Positions 51,635-63,455 of a DNA stretch of 64,000 nt are shown one piece after another. The notes under the pieces are model-generated. The model was not told the origin of the DNA. It saw only the letters and a program-made list of their open reading frames with translations, and made no database searches. Made by a program: the position numbers and the translations under genes. This DNA is from Pavona decussata (taxonomy: Eukaryota). Location: positions 434,001-498,000 of the forward strand of contig CDRNST010000323.1 in the NCBI GenBank assembly GCA_977016875.1. The letters are read 5' to 3'. Each line of letters opens with the position of its first letter. The first letter of the stretch is position 1.

Positions 51635-52432
51635 TCAACTACATATTAAAGAGGCCAGTGATGCCATTAGTCCTGTTGTTGTTGGTCTCCTTGTGGGGTT
51701 GGCATCCAAGCATTTTTGAGCGTCGGCGAGTAACATTGGAATTTCTTGCTTTGTTGCTACTCCACACAGGATTTTGCCAAGGGAATAAACATCACTGGCT
51801 TTGCTGTAGCAGTGGGAGCCTTTCAAAACTTCAGGAGCAATGTGAGCAAAGTGAAAAGTGTACTTCTTCGCTAGAGGAAATGCACTGTCACAGGCTTTTC
51901 CAAAGTCGATTATGTGGCCATGTTTATCAGTAACAAGAACATTGTTTGATTTTAAATCACAATGAAGAAAGCCTTTGGAGTAGATAAGTGCAAGAGCATC
52001 TGTGATATCACGAGAAATGATCAGCCAGTCTTTTTTTGTTAGTGAACTTTTAAGTTTTTGTAATATTTAATTGGCTTCCTCTCAATACAATAGTTTACAG
52101 ACTGTTACAGATGTATTGTTTTCCCCTTTGAACTCCATGACTAGTGATATAGGCTCTCTTTCAACCTGGATACCTGTTATTGCAGGAATGTTTTTGTGCG
52201 TAAGAGCCTGCATGATATGTGCCTCCTTTACCATCTCCTTAGTGTTTTGCATCAGAGATTGTTTTTCTACCACCTGTATCTTTAATTGTGTGAATGTTTT
52301 TAAAACGCACCTGCCATATGATCCCTGTCCTAGAATTAATTCCTTTTCGTTGATTGGGTGAAGCTCAGATAGATCAATTAAATTGACAGTGGGGAATTTA
52401 GATGGTCCTGATTTTGTATTCTGGTGTCTAAT
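51635..52432 (-). pseudogene. Protein kinase domain (TKL/Ser-Thr-like), single exon, with in-frame stops
   Basis: LGQGSYG, VVEK, KEAHIM..L.H.NIP, LVMEF, FLHCDLKSNNVL, IDFGKAC, HIAPEVL, SDVYSLG, C...P..RP. Confidence 0.9.
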
Positions 52433-54969
52433 CTGGAATAAAGCAATAATTATTTTGTCATAAACAAAGAATCAAGATCACCTTTAAAGTGAAGCAAATC
52501 AGCTTGGTAAAGATGCACTTGCTAGATTTTGTCATAAACAGTTATTGGTGAACTCTATACTCTTCAAATAGTAATAGAGTCAAATCAGTGCCTTCTTCAA
52601 GTCTCTCCTTGATTCTCATGTATCCCAACCGACTCTAAATAGTCTATGCAGTTTCATTTCCCTGGTATTTATTGATGCCCATGGGTGATAATAAAAATAT
52701 TTTTTAGTGTAAAATTGAAAGTCTTACAAAAGATATCAGTAGTCTGAAGTGTTAGACCCTTTGTTGCCCTGCCCCCTGAGGGCACTACTGAGAGAGATGC
52801 CCAAAGAGGGTAGGGCAAGAAAGAATCCAACAATTTACACTGACAAATTATTCACATTCATAACCTTATGAAAGGGGACATGCTCAAAGTCCAAAGACTT
52901 TTCAATTGAAAGCCATGACCTATCTGTCTGGCATATAAAAAAAATGAAGCCATGAAAATATCAGCAAATTGCCCGTTTCTGTGTTTATAATCTCTGTATG
53001 GTCCTTCATAATGGTTTCTGAGCTGTTCTTGTGTCGAAATATATTCAGAATTTGGCAATTTTGATAAAAAAGAGGGGATGTTGTGCATTATGCCTTGAAA
53101 TTCAATAAATTTCGTCATAAAAAGTGGAATTTTTAGGGCCGCATTCCTCGCCCCACTCCGTATCCCATTCCCCCCCCCCCCCCCTCAGCCCCAATAAATG
53201 TTTTGACTCCAACCCCCGGGGAACTTTCTACATAGGGCAGAATGCTGTGACATTCATTAACTATTCATGATCAGCGAAGCGGAAATACGCGCTCTGAAAA
53301 GCCCCGAATAAGAGAAGAAAGGGCGAAAATTGGCCCGGTAGCGTTGATAAACTCGATTTCATACTTTCTTGAACGATTTACCTAAAAACCTACGCGCGGT
53401 ATTTTGAAGACAAATGTTGTAACTATGTTTTAAGACTAAAATAAAGAAGATTGATTAAGTGGAAGGGCTGTCCTTTTGCACTTGAAAATAAGGGAAAATT
53501 GGCCTTCTTTTGTATGGAGGCCGTTTTCAAAAGCAAGTTTCTAAAAAAGCATACTGATTTTAGAAAACCTACGCACGGTTTATGGAAAATTGATCTTTTC
53601 TTGACAAGAATCTGTTTAAAGTTTACAAATTGGTCATCGGGAACCACTGTCCTTTTAAGTTTGAAAACTCTCGTTTGAAAATGGCGCGTCTTGAGCGAGT
53701 GTGCTATTGTTTTAAGCCTTCGACTGAATAACTATGGTTGCCAAGACTAAATAATTACTTATTCATAAAACCATTCAGTCGGAAAATCATTTACAATTGC
53801 CGCGCATTTTAAAACCGAGTTTACCAGCTGGTTCATTCAAACAGCCGATCAGATCGCGCAAAAAATACAAACATGGACAACGTCAGTGATCGGGAGCTCT
53901 TTTCAGACATTTTCATAACTCGATCGATTGCAAACACGTATCCACTACTTTTAAAAGAAAAGCGAACGGACATTACAGTAAATATGGTCTTCAATGCTTC
54001 GCCATCTTGTTTAACAAATATGCACATGATCATAGTCTAACCACACTGGCCTTTGGTGCTGGCTGGCTCAGGTTGTTTTGGCGGGAACACTGGTTGGTGA
54101 ATGAGACAGAAGTGACTACTTTATTTTATGAGTGGTTGAAGTTGGATTGAACAAAATATTAAAACTGGGTGTATAAAACACAGTTTAAAAGATTAACTCC
54201 AACGTTGAGCTTGATAATCGACCGTTCGGTACCGGAAAGATTGGTGTTCGCTTGGGTTCGATTACTGAACAATTCGATTGGATTCGCCGAGATCAAATCG
54301 ACTATCAGGATAACGATCGCTACATAAGCTGACAAATAATGTCTCCAGCGATTGTGAGTTCGTGCATGTCGCAACTGTCGTTAAATTACCAGCTGTTTTG
54401 GTAACAGGTAAGTCACAAAGATCCGAAAACAGAATCGAAAGAGTTCTTTATACTTCTTGGTCGCTTTCCGCGCGCGCAAATTGCATACAGCAAAATAACG
54501 AATTTATTTACAGCACTATAAAATACGCTTTGTTTCTAGTGTTGGGGTCTTAAGTTCACTTTCGACGTAACGAAAGGGAAAACTTATAATTATACATCGG
54601 TGTGCGAATCAGTCGCGGAACAAACGAGAAAACAAAAGTGGGCTGAGTTTATTCAAAGCGGTTTGTGGTCATCGAAACAAAGGGTAACAATAGTGCACTG
54701 GATGCATTGTTTAGTTCGCTTCCTCCATCAGACAAATGAGCATTACCGCGCGTTCATAACAACCAATGAATAAGCTCCTTTTGGGCCGCTATGAATAATA
54801 ACAAGCGTCATGGCAGACCTATATAACTGGAAGTAAATGTCACAAGAACAATGGCCATTCTACGCGATGAGACTACACGATAAACTAGTCATGTTTACGC
54901 ATGTCTTTCTCTTACAAACTGCTCTTCTACGATGCCTATTTTCTTCTATATTTGCACCAAGAGAGCCTT

Positions 54970-55200
54970 ACCCTGTTTTTTGTCCAGGCTCCTGTTATTC
55001 TGTTCGGCAAATGCTTTCCATTTGTCATAGTGAATTCGCGCCAATTCTTTGGCACGAGAATGCGCATCTCTTTCTTTCTGTGTTCGAATTTCTGTGTTCT
55101 CCCTTTCCATAGCAGTCCTTGACAGCCGTTTGCTTTTTCTTCTTTCGTTTCGTATCCTGCGTTTTTCCTCGATTGAATTTTCTCGAGACTTACGTGGCAT
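54970..55200 (-). pseudogene. Basic coiled-coil exon, possible 5' exon of the downstream kinase
   Basis: MPRKSRENSIEEKRRIRNERRK...ARIHYDKWK followed by a GTAAGG donor; phase does not match the kinase acceptor directly. Confidence 0.35.
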
Positions 55201-55614
55201 GATCTGGCTGTTTCGGAAGCGCACGGTTTCTCTCGATCCCGCGATTGCCACCAGATTACCTGTGGCAGTGCGTATCTCCGCGTTTCCATACATCGCTATA
55301 CCAAATGCGAATGGCAGCGGCTTATCGCAAAACATTAAAACGAGAAACATTAACAGGAAAAGCTTTGTTCGCTTTGAATATTAATGTACAACTAGATCTA
55401 CGAAGTTCCTGGTAAGTTTTAAACTATTAGCTTTATTTGGTGCAATTTACCGGCAAAAAACCTCCTAGTGTAAAGTTGTAATATAATTTGTATTTTCCAC
55501 GCGTTCCAATCTTATCCAATGATAATCACGCTTTAATAAGCTCCGGCATGCCGCAGAATTCTTTAGATCTGATTTATTTACTCATTGCTTTGGATTTCCT
55601 TCAGACCCGATTAC

Positions 55615-55819
55615 GTCAGTGGAGGTGGTTCGGATTATGTTTTGTTGCAAAGTTTGAAAAGTGATGACTTGTCACTGATACGTAACATTTCTCCATATGA
55701 AAACTGAGTCAGTGTAGGTGGTTCGGATTTCCTGGTTTCATTCATGTTTTGTTACAAAGTTTGACCAGTAATGACTTGTCGCTGTTACGTAACATTCCTC
55801 CATATGAAAACTGAGTCAG
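55615..55819. repeat. Two-copy ~100-bp tandem duplication
   Basis: GGTGGTTCGGATT...TGACTTGTC...CGTAACATT.CTCCATATGAAAACTGAGTCAG occurs twice. Confidence 0.8.
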
Positions 55820-57276
55820 GTTCATTACGAGTTGATGACATGAAGCGGAAAGCATAGGTGACGAAACCTGGAGCGTAAACAGGTACTCCAGAAAAAGCTC
55901 TCACAAATCCTTAGAAAAGTCTTTTAAGGATTGATGAGAGACACCAGGAGGTACTTACAGTAAGCGTCCTTTCCGTCCTGTCATGTTTTAATGGACGTTT
56001 TATCAGTTGTGAGAACTTGGTGGTCTACACCTAAGGGACCGGTCATTTATTAGAAGGGGTGGGCTAGTGTAAATGGGGTGGGGGTCATACCTTTTTGTGC
56101 ACCTTAAAATGGGGGGCTGCATAAAATTGTGCAACCATTTCTGAGTGGCCATGTATTTTTGTGCATTCCAATTTCCGTTCCACAAAAAAGAAACAACACT
56201 GAACGAATCAACAAGTCAAATATTATTTATTATCAAAATGATGGCGTAACAGACCAACATAACACGGCGTATAGTAGTCCTTTCACATTGGAAAAATAAA
56301 CTTCATGTATTACTCAGTATTACTCAGTATCACTGTCCTCTGATTCATTGTTTGAAGAGCTGATAGAGGGCGAGTGTACAAGCTTGATCACTTATAAGCC
56401 TTCTTTCCATCATTTGCTTTAGCCAGTAAACTTTAAGGATATTAGAGCAGCCCTATTGACTTCCTTAACTGGAATCTCACCATCAGACAGTAGTTTGGAG
56501 ATTAAACCAAAATTATCTTCTTCTCGTCTATCTTTTCCCTTCTGTGCCTTTCTCTTATTTTCCTTTTTTGGACAATTTTTTTATTCAAACTTCAGAATGT
56601 GTTCACGAAACATCCTTAAAGTGCTATACAACTACAGCATCAAATTGTCAGTTCTTTTTCAACAAATCGTATCTTATGAAGTGTGCAAAGATACCACTAC
56701 TTTAAGAAGATATGTTCTCACACACCGCTGGGAGCCATGTCAAGCCGACCACCACAAGCCTGACCTTTATTCACACAATAACAATAACAGGTTCACAAAA
56801 TATACAAGTATACAATTGGAAGGTCAAAGCATGAACTCGCTAAAAATCAAACAAAATCTAAACTCGTTTAGAAGTGAGTTGAACGACTGAAAAACTCTAG
56901 GGTGGGTGGGTGGGAAGGTCAAGCAATGGCGGTCAACAAAAAACAACTGCCTGCCTTACATGTCACATGACCTTAACCCATCCCCAGGCCCCCAGCGGTG
57001 TGTGAGAAAAACATTTTCCACTTTTTTCGTTTCACTCAGCCAGTGGAAAATCACCCTTCTCACACACCGCTGGGAGCCATGTCAAGCCGACCACCGCAAC
57101 AGCATAAAGCATAGAGTAAAAAACCTAATGAAATACTACTCGAAAAAAGAAAATGAAAATTGGCAAACGGAACTTAATGTCCAAAGTCAAACAGTCTCAT
57201 AAGGACACTTGATAATGCAAAAATCAGTTTATAAGGACAAAACAGGTTCTGAGCAGCACGAGCTTAGCTGTATAAT

Positions 57277-58236
57277 TCATGAGGTTTGGTCTTGAATTGT
57301 CTTGGTAACCAGAAGCAGGGAATCCAAAGACTCCGCAATATAGTTATTCCGTGCCTTGACGCTGCGCCAACCGCCCTGCCTCTGGAACAGACGCTCAGGG
57401 ACGCCCAAAGCTGCTGCAGTTGTAGCGCCTCCAGCTCGCAGACTATGAATTCCGTACAAGCCAGGATCTAGCCCCTCCTTCCGCAGCTCGGCCTTAATAA
57501 ACTTAGCTGCCCGACTATATGACATAGGATCTCTCCTAAGCTTCACGCCCTCGTTCGTCGACGACACCCGCCTGAATAGCCACAACTTCCTGTCATGATT
57601 GCCTTCCTTCAGAAACTTCTCAACCACTGCAACCGGGCAAGGTGATGAATCACTGCGAGCTATGAAAACCCATGAGCCTTGGCGAAACTGATCATTCTTC
57701 CTCTGTGTCAGAAACATGGCAAGATGAGGATCCTCAAACTGAAGATTGCCCACAGTCAATCGACTCAGATCGTCCCAGCGAAGGAAGCCAAAGAAACCCA
57801 AAGCAAACAAAACAGCCACCTGTATATCAGACAAAGGACCCTGCTCGAGGCGAAGGATAGCGCTCTTAACATGGCTGGCTTCCAAAGGTCTCCTGCAACT
57901 TGGGGGCCTAGCAAGGATCCTTCGTGCGGCCTCCGCAGCCCCCTGCACGAGAGGATGGTCACTAGGCTGCTGATAGCCGCTCTTCTTGTGGACCCAGCTG
58001 GCTCCATAGATAGCAGAGTTAACACAGGAAACTGATCGGTCCTGCTGAATAAGGTGTACCAAATACAAGGAAAACACTGTAGGATCTGCTGGTAGGGGAG
58101 TGGCCTCACACTGGACAGCCCATGTTCGCCACGCTTCATAAGCACAGACATAAGTGCTCACTGTCTTAGGTGCTCTGTCCTGGATCAGGATTGCTGGTAG
58201 AGGCTTCGCGAGATACTTCAGCCTAGGGTGAGTCAT
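57277..58236 (-). CDS. DIRS tyrosine recombinase (319 aa, open frame)
   Basis: GFLRWDD (R), RKNDQ (K), HSLRAGGAT (HxxR), GGW, NNY (Y). Confidence 0.92.
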   Translation of the reverse strand: MTHPRLKYLAKPLPAILIQDRAPKTVSTYVCAYEAWRTWAVQCEATPLPADPTVFSLYLVHLIQQDRSVSCVNSAIYGASWVHKKSGYQQPSDHPLVQGAAEAARRILARPPSCRRPLEASHVKSAILRLEQGPLSDIQVAVLFALGFFGFLRWDDLSRLTVGNLQFEDPHLAMFLTQRKNDQFRQGSWVFIARSDSSPCPVAVVEKFLKEGNHDRKLWLFRRVSSTNEGVKLRRDPMSYSRAAKFIKAELRKEGLDPGLYGIHSLRAGGATTAAALGVPERLFQRQGGWRSVKARNNYIAESLDSLLLVTKTIQDQTS

Positions 58237-58900
58237 AGTTTCCCCACGTAACCAGTCAGATAAGTAAGCACCCTCTGGGGCAGGGCTAGAAACTGAAAAA
58301 GAAATGTACTGAGTAAAACACCACGTACATTAACACCTCCATAACACTCATTAAAACATGCCCAAACAGCAAGACTAATAAGGCTTACAAACTAGCTAAC
58401 ATATGCACACTGGCAACAAACATTAGAATGATGTTCCCCTTTGGCCAACACGGCTAGGGCTACTTTGCCAAAACAGTAAACAAAGCGCTCAAAAACTGTA
58501 CGCACATCCACATTTAGATACAGCAAGCACACACCGATAACCAGTGCTAGCAGTACCCCTTAGGCCAACACAGCTGGGGTCTACTCTGCCACAACGGCAA
58601 TAAACTGCTAGTCACAGTAGTGTTCAAACGTAGCGGCTGTCAATCCACAGCATAGTCATAAAATCCTGCTGCCTTGTCAAAACAACAAATGACCAGTTAT
58701 GAGCCACCCAATCTATCCAGCTCCCATAACGGCAATGTTGGCTGGCTTACGATCACCAGAGCAGAAAACAAGGTCGAAAACAGATTTCATCATAGTAGTT
58801 CCACCAAGAGGAATGTTCAGCAATTGCCGTCAAAACAAAGTTTGAGTGCCAGAAGGGAGAAGGAGGGAACGCCCGCTGTGAAAATGTCACTAGCTGCAGA

Positions 58901-60830
58901 TCATGATAGGAACATCCCTTCGTATGGTTGAATCTGTATGGACTGGCTAATGAAGGACTTCCAGCTCCCACTCTTCTCCACTAGAAGTGGCCACCAGCTT
59001 GCTGAACGCCACTTCGGAGCAATCAAGGTGCCATTCTCCCTTCCTGCTGACATGTGCCTCAACACGCGTGGAACCAGGTATGGAGGAGGGAAAAGCCAAT
59101 TAACTTCATGAGACCAAGAGACTGTAAAGGCATCTGCTGCCACACAACCTGGGTTATGATACCTGCTGCAGTACCTCTCCAACTGCTTTGTCTTCAGGCT
59201 AGCAAACCTATCAATGGTGTGGGGACCCCACAAGGCGTCAAGGTAATTAAAGCAAGCTGGGTCTAACATGTAGTCATTAGAATCCTCCAACCTCGACAGC
59301 TCGTCTGGTCTCGTATTTTCATCTCTGCTAACCCACTCAACTGTCAAGCGCATGCCAAGTTCCCGGCACAACCTGTAAACCACCACAGCCTCCACGTCCA
59401 GCTCCTTGATGCGGCTTCCCACTGACAAAAAAATTTCTGCATTCTTGTTATCGGTGCGATGGACACGTCTTTACCCCTGACTTCATCTGCAAAAGATTCC
59501 AGCACATGCCTGATGGCAGCCACCTCTCTAAACGTAGAACTTTTTCTACTTTCTTCACCAGACCAGCTGCCTCTGGCTACCTTACCACTCAACTGCACTG
59601 CGAAACCACCCCAGCCTTGCCCACTTGCATCTGAGTAAGTTATAACCTCCACTTTTGGACTAGGGGACCATATTGGGTAACCACCAGTGTCAAAATTTAC
59701 CCTCCAAAACTGGGCCTCAGCTTGACTCTCCTGAGATATCAAGAAAGGCCTGTCCCAGTAAGCTGTTTGACATATGTCCCTGTAGAGTGCCCTAGTCCAG
59801 AGACGCGCTACAGGGCCCAATGCAAGACCCATCGAAACCAGTGAACCAGTGATGCGTGACAAGTGACGTGCTGAAACCACAAACTTCTTAGCTGTAGTAT
59901 CATTCAACAGTTGTTTCAAAGCATCAACTCTCCTTGGCGGAACCTGGAAAGTTCCAGATCACAAATCCATTATAAAGCCCAGGAGTTCACCACATTGTAC
60001 TGGGTCCCCCTGACTCTTCTCTTCGTTGGCAACAAAGCCACTCAACAAAACGTCCCTCCTTACTTCAGCTGACAACCTGACTGCCTCACCTCAGTCCCGG
60101 TCTGCACCCGCTCCATCATCGAGATATGTAAACAATCTGAAACCTTTGCCCCTCCAGTGTTTCACGAGTGCCCTTTTGAATCTTGGTGAAGAGGTAAGGA
60201 CCAGTTGATAAGCCAAACGGAAGGACCGTGAATTTAAAAAACCTTAGCTGCCCCTTGTAGAATGAGGAAAATCCGAGGTATTTGCAATGCGGAGGAAACT
60301 TTTCGATGTGATGATAGCCACTCTTATAATCAAATTTAAAAAAACAATCATCTTTATGAAATAAGTCTGCTGCTGTGCGAATGTCATCGTACTTAAATTT
60401 TCATGACCTCAGGTACTGGTTGACATAACGCAAGTCCATGATTAGGCGGCATTTTTGTGCAGAGTTCCCCACGACACCCAGTGGGTTGCATACTGCCAAG
60501 TCCTCACTTTTTACCTCCACTACAGCGCCAGACAGCAGTAACTTTGAAATCTCAGTGCAAACAAAAACATTATCTTCAACAGCACTAGGATGGTTCCTGA
60601 AAAAGGCCTCCTGAGGAAGGGAAATAAACGGTAACCTATAGCCTTCTTGAAGGACACGCAGAACCCACCTACTAGCCCCAATGTTCTTCCAAAATGAAAT
60701 GTTCTCCCTCAATCTGCCTTTCACGACCGTGGGACAAGCAAAATCAACATTCTCGAACTTGAGATATCCATTATGTACACTCTCTTCTGGTGGGAAGTTC
60801 ACGGCATCACCGTTGACTTCCAGATGATTG
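58901..60830 (-). pseudogene. DIRS RT / RNase H / adenine-methyltransferase-like ORF, frameshifted
   Basis: GRLRENISFW, RLIMDLRYVN, FDYKSGYHH, LPFGL, YLDD, YSDASGQGWG, SSTFRE, WGPHTIDRFAS, NWLFPPP, PKWRSASWWP. Confidence 0.9.
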
Positions 60831-61640
60831 CCCATTGTTCTGGCCCCATCCAGGACCTCCACTTGCGACTGATGCATAGCAATCCCGGGCGTAATGGCCG
60901 TTTCGACCGCAGCGAAAACACAACTGCTTGGGGTTACGCGCCATATTGGACGACATTCCTGCCGTTCGGAAGTTGTGGCTTTTTTCAGCCACCACACGTT
61001 TCGGCCCATCAGTTCCTCGTTGTGGGGGCGACTTCTTCGGTTTCCACTTCGCTGCAGCTGCCTTTCGTCTCTCCTCCCTGAGTTGCTTGCTTTCTTTGAC
61101 AGCCTTTTTTATCCGCTTCTCGTTGCCAGAATCGTTAGCAAGTGGTTCGGCCGCATTACATTCCACCGTGTCCCAACCATACTTATCGGCAAGGCAAATG
61201 TGCTTATTTCATTCTAAAAGAAGTTTCTCACCTTCCTCGAGGAGCTCGGTCCTGGATTCATCATCACTCGTATTCTTAGCCCTGTCAATTTTATCCAAGA
61301 CGTCGCGATTAAGTTTGTACTGCTTCTTGTTTCCCTTGAAACAAAACTCCGGTTCCGGATCGCTCAGTTTTGCCATGTTTTCGAAGCTTCGCATCATCAA
61401 GCTCGTTCTTCAGCTTCTTTAACTCTTTGGAATACAGTTTCTGCTGCTGCAGCGGCTCCTTTGCCCAACTTGGCGGTTCCTCGGCTCAGTTTGGAGGTTC
61501 CTCACGCTCCGGGCTTTCGTGCCTTGAACCCTGACTTCATCGACTATGACCTCGCTGACTAGCGCTTTTGTTGTATGGCTCAAGTTGGCTAACCGCCCGA
61601 GAACTCCTTTTTGAACGTCTCGTGTCCTTTGACATGCTTC
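60807..61640 (-). pseudogene. DIRS gag-like ORF
   Basis: FKGNKKQYKLN...EGEKLL.E...ADKYGWDTV...PLA.DS..EKRIKKA...CFRCGRNGHYARDC. Confidence 0.8.
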
Positions 61641-63455
61641 ACTAACGATTCGTGACTAAGAAATGCAAATATTTTCGCACACTTTCGCAAAAAAGGTCAA
61701 GCAATGGCGGTCAACAAAAAACAACTGCCCGCCTAAAATGTCAAATGACCTAAACCCATCCCCAGGCCCCCAGCGGTGTGTGAGAAAAACATTTTCCACT
61801 TTTTTTGTTTCACTCAGCCAGTGGAAAATCACCCTTCATTTATGGACAGCCACTGTATCATTGGAGAGATGTTCCTTGAATATTAAATATTCAAGGAACA
61901 TCTCTCCAATGATACAGTGCAGCCTGTAAAGAAAATGGTGAAAGTTTTGCACTCTGCGACTTCTGAAGCACGAGAGAACAATGCTGTGAGGAGATTGAAC
62001 ATGTTGTGAGGCCATTTCCTGACAACGAAAGTGATAAGTATCATTATTTTCCTTTGTCTAAAACCCCAGCAAACAACAGGCTTGTCGATGATTGCATGCC
62101 AAGGGTACAGCTGAAAGCAGCATACGCATCAGGGCAGTGCTCCTTGGATGATCCCACCAGTATCTCGAAATTCTCAAGAGAATTTGTTCTGGCTGCGGGA
62201 TGCGTGAAAGACTATCTGGAGCATTTGACATTACTCGATCTTAAGAAAGACAAAAGAAAGTAGGAAAGACTGGCTAAAAGTCAACCAAGGCAAGCAAGAC
62301 ATACCAAGAGTATGATTGGAATCGGACGTTTAAAGATGGCTGCCTCAGAAAGCAGACAATAGCAGTTATCGATAAGTACTTGAAGCATCACGGGCTTCGT
62401 ACTGCATCAAACAAGCATGCAAAGCTAATGGAGGTGTAAAGGCACATTATTCAACAACAGATACAGGGTTTTACACAAGAAGAGGGACATCCACTCTGCA
62501 GTCGTGAAAATGAAGAGGAATACTTATCTTCTGATGATGAAAGTGTTCAAACACACTATGTCCTTGTTGAGGTTGGCTCGAGTTCAGAGGATGATGATGA
62601 GAAAGGGGATGATATTCAAATCACAGTGACAACTACTAGATCTGGGAGGATGGCGTTTCTGTAGTTGAGGGCAGGTCATCTTATTCATGCGCAGACTCCA
62701 AGGGAGGCCACATTATGTTATGCAGTGGCAAGAACAGGCCCACGAGAAATTATGTATAAGAAAATTAACATGCACCAGCCCACCCCCCCCCCCCCCCCTC
62801 CTCTGATAAATGACTGGTCCCTAAACAGGAGCCCAGTACTAGACAAGCATTATGCATACTTAGGAGACCTCATTCCACGAAAAGGCAGAAAGAAACATTC
62901 TCCTATTACGAGAACTGAGAAAGCTGTCTGCAGTCATCATTAGGCTGATTTAGCGTCATTTGAGGACGCGAGAGTGCGCGGAATAGTCTGGACGCGGGTC
63001 TATATCTACTATCTTATGGGGATCTTATGGGTATTCTTGATGCGCGCGCCGTCGTCAACTGACGTTCCCGTTCTGTTGTTAAATCTCATCACCCCGTATT
63101 ATTTGTTTCATTTTAATATTACAGCTGTGTTCTAAAATTGTTACCATTCTTTTCCAGCCAAAGTAATCCTGACCAATCGGAAGGAATCCCTTTAGCCAAT
63201 GGTATCCTTGCTGATTCGTCATCATCGCTAGAACCAATTCGCTCAACGCACGGTTCCGAAATTATTCTCCCCAGGAGCATGCTCCGTGCGCTCTTCACTC
63301 AAGAACCTATGTACATTACGCAAAAACAACGTTTCGCTTCTAAAAGAAACTTGTAGAAACTGAATGATCGATTTTACCAGTCTGCGTTTAATAGAACTGA
63401 GATATTGAAATAGGTAACGCTGAAAAAAGGAATGCCAAAAAGATTCCGAGAATAA

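Larger units (their letters stand above)
56715..61837 (-). mobile_element. PAT-like DIRS tyrosine-recombinase retrotransposon with split direct repeats
   Basis: A1 61693-61837, B1 57057-57095, A2 56915-57059, B2 56715-56753. Gag with CCHC knuckle, RT, RNase H, methyltransferase-like domain and YR. TTC at both ends and at the internal junction. Confidence 0.93.
56035..62821 (+). mobile_element. Zator-like DNA transposon (internally deleted) split by a DIRS element
   Basis: TIRs GGGACCGGTCATTTAT / ATAAATGACTGGTCCC with TAA TSD; degraded C-terminal ORF at 61840-62660 (C..CDF..RPFPD...HYFPL..TP...RLVDDCMPR...YDW). Confidence 0.7.

Noticed and set aside
54159-54374. Signal-peptide-like first exon of a host gene
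   Set aside because: The ORF starts at TTG, has no in-frame ATG, and no downstream exons or recognisable homology were found.
58901-59428. Bacterial or phage DNA adenine methyltransferase acquired by horizontal transfer
   Set aside because: It is the standard methyltransferase-like domain that follows RNase H in DIRS/PAT elements.
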